NCBI GenBank assembly: GCA_963664705.1
Contig: OY761556.1
Coordinates: 2,176,001-2,240,000 of the forward strand
DNA: 64,000 nucleotides
Direction of reading: 5' to 3'
DNA from: Acidobacteriota bacterium
Lineage (GTDB): Bacteria; Acidobacteriota; UBA6911
Position 1 is the stretch's first letter. Every line of letters starts with the position of its first letter. The notes beneath the pieces are model-generated. The model was given only the letters and a program-made list of their open reading frames with translations, was not told where the DNA came from and searched no databases. Shown in pieces: positions 1 to 10,343 of this stretch. The translations under genes were made by a program, and so were the position numbers.

Positions 1-536
1 AGCAACCTTCAAGGTATTGGTGGCTTGTTGCGGGAGTGTTGGCAATGCAGCCATTGCTTGTTATTTCCCAGGCTACAACCCATACAAATTTCTACAGCAT
101 CTGGCTTCCGCCCGCACTATGGTTTCTTTATTGGATAGGCTCCCGGATGAAAAGTGAGCTGTGCCATAAAGCTCGGATGGGTATCTAAGATAATCATACA
201 TTGATTTCCCAATTGCCTCAGAATCACCAATTCAGAGAAAACGAACCCGACAAAGAATGGAAGTCTTGGATAATAGCTCCGGTGGACAATGCAACTAGCT
301 CAAAAGGGTTGGCGGATTTGAACAGCAAAAAATCACAGGGCGAAATGGTTCAAGTCTGCCGTTGTCAAACTGCTCGCATTTATCGTGATTGGACCGCGAC
401 TGCAATTACTGGAGAGATTGATGCAGCGCTTTGTCTACATAAATTTCGGCACGCCCCTTTGGCAAAATCTGAGGATTGCATCCTTGCAGGATCAAACAAA
501 TCGGAGAGCCGACAACGTTGATATTGGTCCTCGTTA

Positions 537-2147
537 GTGGAAAGGGCATGGGAATACCAAATGCTTGGCTCAGCACAATCAAGATACGTTGGCAGCCGTG
601 GGTTTGACAAAGCTCCATTTATCTGCTTATCGCTGGGATCAGCTTGGATTGTCTTTGGGGCAACTTTCTTTTTGATGTTCTGGCTGACCGGGCATCGTCT
701 GACTTTTACAAATATTGATGCGGGAATCTACCTGGATGCCGGCAAACGAGTAGCGGAGGGACAAGTCCCGTTTCGGGATTTCTTCTTTATTAGCGGACCG
801 GCAACGCCCTGGATTATGGGGCTTTCGATGAAGCTATTTGGAGTCAATCTGCCTGCCGCTCAGGTGATGTTGGTGTTTGATCTATCCTTGATGGCAATGC
901 TGGTTTTTTGGATGACCCGGAAAATCTGTTCTTCTATGCAAGCGGCAATCATTGCAGCATTCCTTTTTGTAGCCTTCTCCACAGCTCAGCCATCTATGCT
1001 GGTAGCAAACCATCGATGGGACAGTGCGGCGGCCGGATTGGCAGCCACAGCACTGACATGGCTCACCCGGGAAAGGTCCGGTCGTTTCACAGCAATTCTT
1101 GCCGGACTATCCTGCGCCATTGCATCGTGGGCAACACCTTCCGTTGCTTTGCTTGCGATCACACTATCGCTTTGGTTTTTGTGGGATAAGCACTTACGTA
1201 GAGTAGCTGTTTACTTCTTTTCTGGACTCTTCGCGGGGCTTCTGGCTGGTCTCCTTTTCCTTCAAAGTCAAGGAGCCCTGTTCCCAATGATCGATCATCT
1301 TTTCTGGATCGTACACAATTATGCCAAAGCCAACCGTGTAGTTTATGGTCAAGTGATTGGCGGCTATGGAGCGCTGGTCCAGGGAACCTCGGGATTGGGA
1401 CTGATTATAGTTTTTATAATTCTCTTATTTCTGTCCTTGCCTGCATGGATGCCTCCGTTAACGACTATTGGTTGGATAATCAGACTGTCCATAGTGAGGC
1501 AATTTGGAAGATGCTTTGAAGTTTTGTTTCTTCTATCTTGCGGGGCGGCACTTGTTATTGCACAAGCGCCAAAGCTGGATCTGGGACATCTGCTGTTCGC
1601 GATGCCCATTTTCTACACGCTGGCAATATCCCTGGTCACCGAATCCTTTGTTCCCAGGAAATGCAAAATGATCCTAGCCTTGATTTTTTTGGTGGCCGCA
1701 GGCGTTTCATTTCGTTTCACATTAGCAAATCGTTTGGACGAGATACCAACCCTCACGCGCGCAGGCGTTGCTTCAATGGATCCCAAGGAATCCTCATGGC
1801 TTACAGCTCTCGAGCAACATGTGAATGCGGGAGACTCCCTGTTTGTCTTTCCGTATATGCCATCTCTCTATTTTGCGCTGGATGCGCGGAACCCGACCCA
1901 ATATTGCTTCCTGCAGCCGGGCATGTCCTCAAAACTTGATGAAGCCAAGGTGCTTGTCGATTTAAGATCCACTCCCCCGCACTGGGTTATCCATATGTTG
2001 GTTGAACCAGAAGCTTATCTGCGCATCTGGCCATCAAGTGATCGTTCACGTCTGCATATGACAACAATTGAACAATTTATCAAAGCCAGCTATTCGGAGG
2101 TTACCAGGGTAGGACCGTTCAACCTTATGCATTACAGCGGGCAATAG
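537..2147 (+). CDS. GT-C fold (ArnT/PMT-like) polytopic membrane glycosyltransferase
   Basis: About 11-13 hydrophobic segments. Acidic loop after TM1 (NIDAGIYLDAGKRVAEGQVPFRDFF) followed by GP, plus a soluble C-terminal domain. Start codon uncertain. Confidence 0.7.
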   Translation: MERAWEYQMLGSAQSRYVGSRGFDKAPFICLSLGSAWIVFGATFFLMFWLTGHRLTFTNIDAGIYLDAGKRVAEGQVPFRDFFFISGPATPWIMGLSMKLFGVNLPAAQVMLVFDLSLMAMLVFWMTRKICSSMQAAIIAAFLFVAFSTAQPSMLVANHRWDSAAAGLAATALTWLTRERSGRFTAILAGLSCAIASWATPSVALLAITLSLWFLWDKHLRRVAVYFFSGLFAGLLAGLLFLQSQGALFPMIDHLFWIVHNYAKANRVVYGQVIGGYGALVQGTSGLGLIIVFIILLFLSLPAWMPPLTTIGWIIRLSIVRQFGRCFEVLFLLSCGAALVIAQAPKLDLGHLLFAMPIFYTLAISLVTESFVPRKCKMILALIFLVAAGVSFRFTLANRLDEIPTLTRAGVASMDPKESSWLTALEQHVNAGDSLFVFPYMPSLYFALDARNPTQYCFLQPGMSSKLDEAKVLVDLRSTPPHWVIHMLVEPEAYLRIWPSSDRSRLHMTTIEQFIKASYSEVTRVGPFNLMHYSGQ

Positions 2148-2277
2148 GGCAATGATCCCAAATGCTGCCCTAACGGCAACCTAATCCAAGGACAAGAAAG
2201 CATAAACTGTTCCGATCGAGAATAGATAGGAGCCTGCATCAGGGTAGGCGCATTAGGTGACGAAATTCACGCATTCA

Positions 2278-3666
2278 TTAGGTAGGATGATTTTGACCCT
2301 GCAATCTCCATAGAATGGGAAACAGTAATATTGAGGCTGCAGTGGGGATAAACATCAAATAAACCAGACCTCCTGGCACAGTCACTGCATGGGTACCCGT
2401 GGGAATATCTCCAGAGAAAACGACAACACATCTATACCAAAACATTGAACCCGGAAATAGGGCTACTCCCCAAAGGGCGTAAGAGGATAATTTGCCGGCC
2501 GAAGAGTGTTCGGTCATAAGTGCTTTCACTACCCAGCCAACAGGTATTGCGAGGAGCGCAAAGTAATGGCCCCAAGCTACAGGGCTTGCCAAAATACATG
2601 AAATAATCATCAATGAGAAGCCGGACACAGCTTCCATCCGATAGATTAGATAGAATGTTACGATTAGGCAAACAAGTGGCAGAATCAGACCGGCAGGTTC
2701 GGCAAACATCGGAATATTAATTACGGGTGGAGCAGAAACAGCATTATTAACTGTGGAGTATGTTCCCTTAAACAACTTAAGTCCTGCCGACCGCAACGAT
2801 ATGTTGAATATGCTACAGGCATAATTTTTGTCTACCGTCGGAAGGATATGAACTACGTAATTATAGACAGCCCGTACTCCCAAGATGAAACTGCATATGG
2901 AACCAGCAGAAATCAACAGCGCAACGCAACTAAGTAAAGCTTTGAACTGTTTTTTCAGTGCAAAAAAGAAAATCAATGGCCATAGCATTGGCTTCAGTAT
3001 AATTGCCAATCCGGTAAGCATGCCTGTTCGGATCTCAAGTTTTCTCGATATACAAAACCATGCTGCAGATAAAAATAGTAATTGGAGAATTACCAATTGG
3101 CCCAGCGCGATTTCCTCTCCCGACGCTCCCCAAATGAGTGCAAATGGAACAGCTGCAACGGCCACCATGCGCGGCCGATTGAATCCCAGCGTCCGGCACA
3201 CTAAATAAATCGACGACGTAACAAATAGCAATTCTAGGAAAAACCAAGCATAAGCAGCATGTCTATATGCCAAGCATGAAAGCGGAGTCAGAAACAACCC
3301 GGCTGTTGGCGGGTGTGGCGTTGGATGAATGCCACCTTGTATTTGATGCACATTTCCAATCAGCCGAACCGCCAAGTCATGAATACTCAGATATGGATCT
3401 ATGCCAACCACAATTGCCTTCCCCAAAAGCCAATCCTGTATAAAATCCTTATAAAATATGTTATCTCCCTTGAAGGAGCTTATGATGTAATCCAACTCAA
3501 TGAATGACGTTGTGGGTAGCAACACAAGCGCAAGAAACAAGGTGGTCACAGTTTTTATTTTTTCAAATATTTCCTGCATTATGTTTTTGTCCCAACGGTT
3601 CGGCATAACTATTCCTGGAGTCCAATCCCTTTCGGAGAAAAACTCGCTAATGCGATACTGACACAA
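2278..3666 (-). CDS. GT87/DUF2029-like membrane glycosyltransferase (GT-C)
   Basis: DF..DW, PTPHPP, GQ, LKP and SPVAWGHY motifs typical of GT87. Multi-TM and visibly AT-rich. True start is probably 3606 or 3579. Confidence 0.7.
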   Translation of the reverse strand: MCQYRISEFFSERDWTPGIVMPNRWDKNIMQEIFEKIKTVTTLFLALVLLPTTSFIELDYIISSFKGDNIFYKDFIQDWLLGKAIVVGIDPYLSIHDLAVRLIGNVHQIQGGIHPTPHPPTAGLFLTPLSCLAYRHAAYAWFFLELLFVTSSIYLVCRTLGFNRPRMVAVAAVPFALIWGASGEEIALGQLVILQLLFLSAAWFCISRKLEIRTGMLTGLAIILKPMLWPLIFFFALKKQFKALLSCVALLISAGSICSFILGVRAVYNYVVHILPTVDKNYACSIFNISLRSAGLKLFKGTYSTVNNAVSAPPVINIPMFAEPAGLILPLVCLIVTFYLIYRMEAVSGFSLMIISCILASPVAWGHYFALLAIPVGWVVKALMTEHSSAGKLSSYALWGVALFPGSMFWYRCVVVFSGDIPTGTHAVTVPGGLVYLMFIPTAASILLFPILWRLQGQNHPT

Positions 3667-3765
3667 ACTAGTAGAATCATCTGCCCAAATGCCGCGGAAC
3701 CCAAAGCCCCCTAATACTTAGCTATCCATTTGAGTTTATGGATGCGCAAGCGCCTATCTCAGGAT

Positions 3766-4803
3766 CTATTTCAGCTCTATGGATTGCCAGTTTTCGATTG
3801 TGCGCATTCCGCCATTCAGGTCAGGTTCAAGCACCTGAACCTGCCGTTTAGTCTCATTTGCGCCATTGGCTTGAAGGTTTTCGATAACTTTTTGCACCAA
3901 GCGGAGATTTTCATTAGCGGCAACGGGACTGCGCGTTTCTATCGTTTGAATTGTCTGCTGCCGACCATTTGTCAATGGGGTTTGAACAATCGTAAGCCGC
4001 CGGTTCAGTCTCAGTATGCCGCCATTGCCGGAAGCATAGGATTCAGATCTACGATTTATCCGTCCCGTTTCATCCTGCAATTCGAGAATTTTCAATTTCT
4101 GGGAAATCGAAACGCCATTGTTGACATCGGAACTGTATACATCCTCATCCGTTTGCGTTTCCTCTTTGTCCACGATGTTTCGGCTCACTCTTCTTTCGGC
4201 AAGATCCCACGTGCCGTTAGCACTTGGGATATAGCGGACTCGGTCAATGTCGATCGATTTTTCTCCGCTTCGCTTTTCAACCTGAGTGACTTGTTCCTTT
4301 TCCTCGAGAACACTATTGCTTCCGGACAAAGACACTGTTTTGGTTATGCGATAAATGTCAGCCCCCGTTTTTGCAATTTCCTGGGTTTCCTGGCGAATGA
4401 CACGCAGCCGCCCGTTGGCATCCGGTTGAGAAACGGTACGCACTGCCCGAACTCGGTCTCCGGGCAGCCGGTTGATCTCTTCCACCGTTGTTTCACTAAG
4501 CAATCGCGCTCCGTTTGCGGACCGGCTGAATGATTTGCGAATGATCCGCGTTGTTTGGGAGTTTACGCGGGTTTCATCTGTTTTGATTTCCACTGGCGGA
4601 CCGCTTTCGGTCTGAAGCGAAATCTGGCTGACGCGATGCGTGATATAGCTAACGCCTGCCGTCTCTCCGGTCGAAATAAGCCATTGAAACGGCTCGGCTT
4701 CCTCTGATTGTTTTTGAAAGCCGACTCCCTGGCTCGCAACAAGTAGCATTGAAAAGAAGAACAAAAGGCTATTCGTCATATGCCGGCACCTTTCATTAAG
4801 CAA
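3766..4803 (-). CDS. Secreted hypothetical protein with ~8 internal [DS]xNG repeats
   Basis: Signal-peptide-like N-terminus (MTNSLLFFFSMLLVASQG) and periodic xxNG-turn motifs. Divergent from the histidine kinase. Confidence 0.65.
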   Translation of the reverse strand: MLNERCRHMTNSLLFFFSMLLVASQGVGFQKQSEEAEPFQWLISTGETAGVSYITHRVSQISLQTESGPPVEIKTDETRVNSQTTRIIRKSFSRSANGARLLSETTVEEINRLPGDRVRAVRTVSQPDANGRLRVIRQETQEIAKTGADIYRITKTVSLSGSNSVLEEKEQVTQVEKRSGEKSIDIDRVRYIPSANGTWDLAERRVSRNIVDKEETQTDEDVYSSDVNNGVSISQKLKILELQDETGRINRRSESYASGNGGILRLNRRLTIVQTPLTNGRQQTIQTIETRSPVAANENLRLVQKVIENLQANGANETKRQVQVLEPDLNGGMRTIENWQSIELK

Positions 4804-4925
4804 TCATTGATGAATCTTAGAATCAAGATCAATGGGATGTCAATCATGGCGACGATTACTAATGAGCACCTACAAGCATCTGCGAGCGTCGGATTCGGAG
4901 CCCAAATTCAGCTTGCACACAGGTA

Positions 4926-7025
4926 GTGAACAAAATACAGTGGAATACCCGTCTTGCAAGATTAGCATTGAGGAATTGTGTGAAGGCACTCTTTAGATGG
5001 AATCGAAACTCGCGTCTCCTCCTCATCCAGGCCTACCTGATTGTCATTCTTGTTTTTACATTCCTGCTCTTTGGTTTTAGCGTTGTCTCCTTCTATCGTG
5101 AACGGGAAAAAGTAAGCAGATCCAGTTTTGAGCTCAAAGCAAAACAGGTTGTCTGGGAATTGGAAAACGAGATACACCGTCATGCCGTTGCATGCCTCAG
5201 CAATACCGAGATTCAGCAACTGAGCGAATCGCTGGATCCCAATTCACTCGATCAATTGCGTCATTTGAGGAAACATCTCCAGACTCTCGAAAAAGCGCAC
5301 CCGGTGGCTCGTAGCTTTTTTCTGTTTGATGGGAAAAGCATTGTTTTCCCTCGCCAGAAGCTACCCCCTCGCCAAGGATTGCAAATGCTTTTGGCATCGA
5401 TACCGGAAGGCTTGCGACCCCGGTTTGCCGAAATCTGGCAGGAGGCAGAGGACCAGGAACGGCTTGGTTTTGCAAAAGCAGCTTCCCGCTTTTATGAACA
5501 CGCCGAACGGATGAATGTGAATCCCAGACTGAAAGCCCTTGCGGCATTTCGACAGGGAGAAGTTTTTAGGAAGGCAAACGATTATGAGGCTGCGGCAAAG
5601 GCCTATCAGCACCTCCTGAGCCTTTACGGCGACCAGTACGATCAAACTCAGACGCCCTATATTCTCTCCCTGGCCGTCGGCAGGAATGGCGCCTCTGGTT
5701 TGGTTCCCCAGGATCGACATTATTTGGAGGGAATTTACAGGGATTTGGCCAATGGTCGCTGGGAGCTAAGTTCCAAACAGGTGGAGCATTTCCTGACACT
5801 CCTTGAACAACGCTTGGACATCCCGATCGACAAACGCCGCGACTCTGATTTTCTCGAGAATTTTCGGTTCGCAAGGATTATGGAAAATCAGCTTTCACCC
5901 TCGGAGCTGAAAAATATCTCCGATGTTACCTCCCGATTTTTCGAATACGAGCAAAAGCCCTACCAGGTATACCTGACAGCCGTAGGCGGCGGAAATAGGC
6001 GCATTGTGTCAGGATTTTCGGTGTCAATTCCCTGGGTATCCAATTCACTTTGCGACCTGTTTGGCGATACCTCGAGGGGGGGAGAGAATCATCAGACTAT
6101 TTCCATTGTGCCAAAATCGCAAGTACCGGATGCGAACGACATCTGTATTCCTTTCTCAAAGGTTCTGCCTTCCTGGAAAGTGAACCTGGCCGGAGAACTG
6201 GCTCAATTGGGTGCCAGCAACGATCTCCCATTTATTGCTATATCCACTTTCATGTTTTTTTCCATCCTGTCAGTTGGCCTCTATCTTCTTCTCCGCGTCT
6301 CATGGGATATCCGCTGGCTCCACCTGCGGTCCGATTTTGTTAGCGGCGTCTCTCATGAGTTTAAAACTCCGCTGAGCTTGATTCGTTTGTATAGCGAAAC
6401 ACTTGCGGATAGTGATCAGGATTTTACACCCGAGGAAAGACGAGGCTATATCCAGATAATCACTAGAGAAAGTGAACGCATGAGTCGCCTGATAGAAAAT
6501 GTGCTCAGCTTCTCAAGGATGGAGCAGGGAAAACATAAAACTATCTCCATGCAAACCGGAGACATCGGCGAAACAGTGCAGCAAACCGTTGATGCCTATT
6601 CGGAATATTTGAAATGGAAGGGTTTTGAACTAAGCCTGTCTATCCCCTCAAGCTTGCCGCCGGTGCGCTTTAATGGCGAACAACTGTCGCAGGTCATTTT
6701 GAATCTGCTGGAAAATGCCACAAAATATTCTGGTTCGTCGAAACTAATAGGAGTAAATGTATTTGAACGCGAAAAGGAAGTTTTAATCGAAATTCGCGAT
6801 AATGGGCTGGGCATTCCTCCGGAAGAACATGAAAAAATATTCCAGCCATTTTACCGGGCACCTCAGGGAAGTGAAAAAGGAGGCTGCGGCCTCGGCCTTT
6901 ACCTGGTGGACCAGGTAATGAAGGGGCATGACGGCAGGATTGAGCTGGAAAGTGAAGTCGGGAAAGGTAGCGCCTTTCGCCTTGTCTTCAAGATTATGGA
7001 TGCTCGTCCTTATCGAAAAAAGTAA
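4926..7025 (+). CDS. Sensor histidine kinase (2 TM, large extracytoplasmic domain, HisKA + HATPase)
   Basis: H-box SHEFKTPL, N-box NLLENATKY, G1 DNGLGI, F-box FQPFYR, G2 GCGLGL. Confidence 0.95.
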   Translation: MNKIQWNTRLARLALRNCVKALFRWNRNSRLLLIQAYLIVILVFTFLLFGFSVVSFYREREKVSRSSFELKAKQVVWELENEIHRHAVACLSNTEIQQLSESLDPNSLDQLRHLRKHLQTLEKAHPVARSFFLFDGKSIVFPRQKLPPRQGLQMLLASIPEGLRPRFAEIWQEAEDQERLGFAKAASRFYEHAERMNVNPRLKALAAFRQGEVFRKANDYEAAAKAYQHLLSLYGDQYDQTQTPYILSLAVGRNGASGLVPQDRHYLEGIYRDLANGRWELSSKQVEHFLTLLEQRLDIPIDKRRDSDFLENFRFARIMENQLSPSELKNISDVTSRFFEYEQKPYQVYLTAVGGGNRRIVSGFSVSIPWVSNSLCDLFGDTSRGGENHQTISIVPKSQVPDANDICIPFSKVLPSWKVNLAGELAQLGASNDLPFIAISTFMFFSILSVGLYLLLRVSWDIRWLHLRSDFVSGVSHEFKTPLSLIRLYSETLADSDQDFTPEERRGYIQIITRESERMSRLIENVLSFSRMEQGKHKTISMQTGDIGETVQQTVDAYSEYLKWKGFELSLSIPSSLPPVRFNGEQLSQVILNLLENATKYSGSSKLIGVNVFEREKEVLIEIRDNGLGIPPEEHEKIFQPFYRAPQGSEKGGCGLGLYLVDQVMKGHDGRIELESEVGKGSAFRLVFKIMDARPYRKK

Positions 7026-7064
7026 TCATGCTTGGGTTATTTGCACAAAAATCTGGATTTTATT

Positions 7065-7742
7065 ATGCACAAAATATTAGTGGTTGAAGATAATGCGGAT
7101 CTGGCCAATGGTCTGGAGCTTAATCTCAAGAAGGAAGGTTATCGGGTGTTCAAGGCCGGCACCGGGGAAGAGGGCCTGAAAATCGTGTTTCAGGAAAACC
7201 CCGATTTGCTGATTCTGGATGTTATGCTCCCGGGCATCAGCGGACTTGACGTGTGTCGCGAGCTGCGCGGTAAAGCGATGGGAATCCCGATCATAATGCT
7301 GACAGCCAAAGGAGATGAACTGGACCGTGTTCTCGGACTTGAACTTGGAGCCGACGATTACGTCACGAAGCCCTTTGGCTTGCGCGAACTTCTGGCGCGC
7401 GTGCGCGTGTGTCTCAGGCGTCAGCCGACAACCTCGGAAATTACGCGATATCGCTTTGGCGATGTTGAAATAGACTTTGAAAAGCACCGAACCACTGTGC
7501 AGAGCAAGCCCATAGAATTGACCCACAAAGAATACGAACTGATACGCTTCTTTGTCCGCAATCGAGATATCGTTTTGTCTCGAGATCGACTGCTGGACCA
7601 GGTTTGGGGGTATGATTCGTACCCAACGACCAGAACCGTCGACACGCATGTTTTGAAGCTGCGCAAAAAACTCGAGGAAGATCCTGCCCACCCCAAATAT
7701 ATTCTTTCGGTCTATGGTGGTGGATACAAATTTGTAGGATAG
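7065..7742 (+). CDS. OmpR/PhoB-family response regulator
   Basis: Receiver motifs VVEDN, LDVMLP, LTAK, GADDYVTKPF; winged-helix motifs RTVDTHV..LRKK and GGGYKF. Confidence 0.95.
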   Translation: MHKILVVEDNADLANGLELNLKKEGYRVFKAGTGEEGLKIVFQENPDLLILDVMLPGISGLDVCRELRGKAMGIPIIMLTAKGDELDRVLGLELGADDYVTKPFGLRELLARVRVCLRRQPTTSEITRYRFGDVEIDFEKHRTTVQSKPIELTHKEYELIRFFVRNRDIVLSRDRLLDQVWGYDSYPTTRTVDTHVLKLRKKLEEDPAHPKYILSVYGGGYKFVG

Positions 7743-7785
7743 CATCCTGCGATATCCTGACGCCCGATGGTCCGCTTGGGTCCGG

Positions 7786-9336
7786 CTAGCGGCAAGCCGG
7801 CATGCCTTCAACTCGATCCGGATAAACTCGCTCAAACAGAGCGGACACGGAATCCTCGTATCTGCATTTCCAATATTTGGATTTGTAGGCTTTGCCAACC
7901 ATCTTCATTTCTTCCGAACCGCTCTTCCCTTTTGGCAGCAAGAGGTATTTGACCTTATATTTTTCCAGCATTTCCTCCCAATGGGAATCCGACATTACCT
8001 GCAAATAAAACCGGACAATGGACTCGTCAAATAAGTGCACGCGGCCATCAAAAAAGGATCGCTGCATCGGCCAGAGTCGCCAGATCAGATAATCGCCGAA
8101 AACCTGCGAATGATACATGTTGCCCTTTAGCTGATTCCTATCCATAAAGTCCATTGCCTTCACCGGAGTCCCGGGATCCAGGAGGCCCTCGGTGTGAAGC
8201 CATGGGCATTGAATGATGAGCGCAATCAGGCTACCCAGGAGAATTATTCGGTTCAATGGCAGGCTTTCTTTTCGCACACGAATACCCGATTCCAGATTGC
8301 GTTCTTTTCGAAAAAGGCTACGCCAATCATCCGACCGCGGCAAATATTTGGCGATGAGCGGTGCCGCAATAATCAGAAACCAGGCAGCATTTCTGATCGC
8401 CATCATTCCAAAAACAGCAAAAGCGCCAAACAGGACAAATTCGGTCAGTGAGGGCCGTTTTTTCGATGTAATAAGTAAAAAGGTCAGGAGGAAAAATGGA
8501 CCGAAGAACATTACAATTCCCGTGATCTGGTTGACCACAGGAGGTTGCCATTCGGTAACAAACTGTCGAACTGAGGAACTGTTCACAACCGTCAGAACAT
8601 GCGCATAAATCTTGTACCCTTCCGGATTGACGAGCGTTCCCGCAAGACTTAAGACCAGAATAATTCCCAGAGGGCGAAGACGGCGTGGAGGCAATAGGGG
8701 CCATCCATCGTCCAGTAAGAAACGGATGGCTTCGCACCCCAGAATGATGGCGATAAGGCCAAGGCCCAAAACAAACGCACCATGGATATTGACCCAAAGC
8801 ACAAACAGGAATGGCAAATACCAAATTCGACTTTGCTTTCCATCGGCACAGTAGGAAGAAACCATCCAATAGCAAAAGGCGAATAGCAAATAAGAAAAGA
8901 CCTGTGGGCGTATGGAACCCGGTATGCAAAAGGCAACCAGCGTCACGGGAAACACCGCGGCCACCAGACGATCAGATGATTTTCGACAAAGCCAATAAAT
9001 CGGGATAAGAACGCAGGCCATGATGATTCCATTGGCGAATAGCGCCAGGGGTGGCCCTCCGCATTTATATATTCCATACATGATGATCTCGGCCAACCAG
9101 TTCTGAAGGACATACAGCTTTCCTATCGCGGTAAAAGAGAAATCATCGATCCTTGGAATGGCCGATTTTTGAACAATGAGCTGCCCCATTTTCAAATGCC
9201 ACCAGAAATCTAAAAGAGGCAGGCGATCAACAAAGCTGCGATAAATAATGGTAAAAAAGGGGAGACCCATCCAGAGTTGATTCAGGCTTGGGGCAAAGGT
9301 ATTTTTTTTCAATTTGCCACTACCTTCCTTGAGCAA
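7786..9336 (-). CDS. Polytopic membrane protein, putative GT-C glycosyltransferase (DxWWHL type)
   Basis: LDFWWHLKMG, RPQ, LWVNIHG, NPEG, EWQP and FFDGR motifs; many TMs. Divergent from the first flp gene. Confidence 0.6.
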   Translation of the reverse strand: MLKEGSGKLKKNTFAPSLNQLWMGLPFFTIIYRSFVDRLPLLDFWWHLKMGQLIVQKSAIPRIDDFSFTAIGKLYVLQNWLAEIIMYGIYKCGGPPLALFANGIIMACVLIPIYWLCRKSSDRLVAAVFPVTLVAFCIPGSIRPQVFSYLLFAFCYWMVSSYCADGKQSRIWYLPFLFVLWVNIHGAFVLGLGLIAIILGCEAIRFLLDDGWPLLPPRRLRPLGIILVLSLAGTLVNPEGYKIYAHVLTVVNSSSVRQFVTEWQPPVVNQITGIVMFFGPFFLLTFLLITSKKRPSLTEFVLFGAFAVFGMMAIRNAAWFLIIAAPLIAKYLPRSDDWRSLFRKERNLESGIRVRKESLPLNRIILLGSLIALIIQCPWLHTEGLLDPGTPVKAMDFMDRNQLKGNMYHSQVFGDYLIWRLWPMQRSFFDGRVHLFDESIVRFYLQVMSDSHWEEMLEKYKVKYLLLPKGKSGSEEMKMVGKAYKSKYWKCRYEDSVSALFERVYPDRVEGMPACR

Positions 9337-9386
9337 AAGAGATTTCCTAATCTACCTTGGATTTTGCCGCATTTCAATTGAGCTGG

Positions 9387-9459
9387 TTTTTACATTTATT
9401 GACCGATTAGTGACAATGTTGATTTTTATATGTTAATCTATTAGAATGAATTAACATAT
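9387..9459. promoter_or_regulatory. Putative regulatory sites upstream of flp1
   Basis: TTTTTACATTTA-N12-TGACA at 9387-9415 recurs upstream of flp2. Inverted repeat ATATGTTAAT/ATTAACATAT at 9428-9437/9450-9459. Confidence 0.5.
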
Positions 9460-9517
9460 TAATACAAAGCTCTTTCCTCTCACCTCGTGTCACTTCTGGC
9501 TACCCAAGGAGGGCGAA

Positions 9518-9712
9518 ATGCTAGCGATCTGGTCACTATGGAATAAAATAAAAACAAATCTGTCTAAAGAAGAAGGCCAAACAGCCGTGGAATATACACT
9601 GTTGCTTGCCCTTGTGGCGTTGGCGATCATACTGGCCAATCCATCCCTTCGCAGCAGCGTCAGCACTATCTTCAGCAAAGTAAGTTCTGGATTAAGCAGC
9701 GCAGCAGAGTAA
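9518..9712 (+). CDS. flp: Flp family type IVc pilin (copy 1)
   Basis: EEG|QTAVEY prepilin cleavage and Flp motif followed by a hydrophobic helix; AGGAGG RBS. Confidence 0.92.
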   Translation: MLAIWSLWNKIKTNLSKEEGQTAVEYTLLLALVALAIILANPSLRSSVSTIFSKVSSGLSSAAE

Positions 9713-10008
9713 TAAAGTCGGCGTTGATGGTCTCCCTTTAGGCTAGGGTTCGGGGCGACATCCGGCAATAGATCATTGCATTTTCCTTTCGTCAGCATGG
9801 CTTGGCACCCGCCGCTTTTCCGCAGACAAAAGGGGAGACCTCAACCGCGATTGTTACAATCCTATCAGGTCTGCTGTTTCGAGGTATTGCACCAAGCAGG
9901 CCGCTTTCCAGCATTGGGTATCTTGGAGATTCGCTACACCCTAAAAGGCAGAGACTTGACCATACACAGCCAGGCTGCTTGATAGTTTTTTAGAATTAGA
10001 AACAAGCC

Positions 10009-10037
10009 TTTTTACATTTAATAACATTATTTTGACA
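10009..10037. promoter_or_regulatory. Second copy of the flp upstream motif
   Basis: TTTTTACATTTA-N12-TGACA, same spacing as at 9387-9415. Confidence 0.5.
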
Positions 10038-10147
10038 TTTCACTGAAGTTCTTTGCCGATAATAGCTACGGGACACTTGAATGCTTCGCCCCCCTTAAGT
10101 GTCAGAACTGTGTAGTTTGTTGGATCCAACGTAAAAAGGAGAAAAAA

Positions 10148-10342
10148 ATGTTAGCACTTTGGTCCTTGTGGAACAAAATCAAGACAAACATCAGTAAAGA
10201 AGAAGGCCAGACGGCTGTAGAATACACCTTATTACTGGCCTTGGTGGCGCTGGCGATTATTTTGGCTAACCCATCCCTTCGCAGCAGCGTTAGCGTGATA
10301 TTCAGTAAGGTCAGTTCAGGATTGAGCAGCGCGTCAGCCTAA
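10148..10342 (+). CDS. flp: Flp family type IVc pilin (copy 2)
   Basis: 59/64 aa identical to copy 1; EEG|QTAVEY; AGGAG RBS. Confidence 0.92.
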   Translation: MLALWSLWNKIKTNISKEEGQTAVEYTLLLALVALAIILANPSLRSSVSVIFSKVSSGLSSASA

Positions 10343-10343
10343 G

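Noticed and set aside
1-536. Short ORFs at the window start
   Set aside because: Overlapping, motif-free and not supportable.
10055-10062. GCCGATAA sigma28-like -10 element upstream of flp2
   Set aside because: No TAAA -35 element at the expected spacing.
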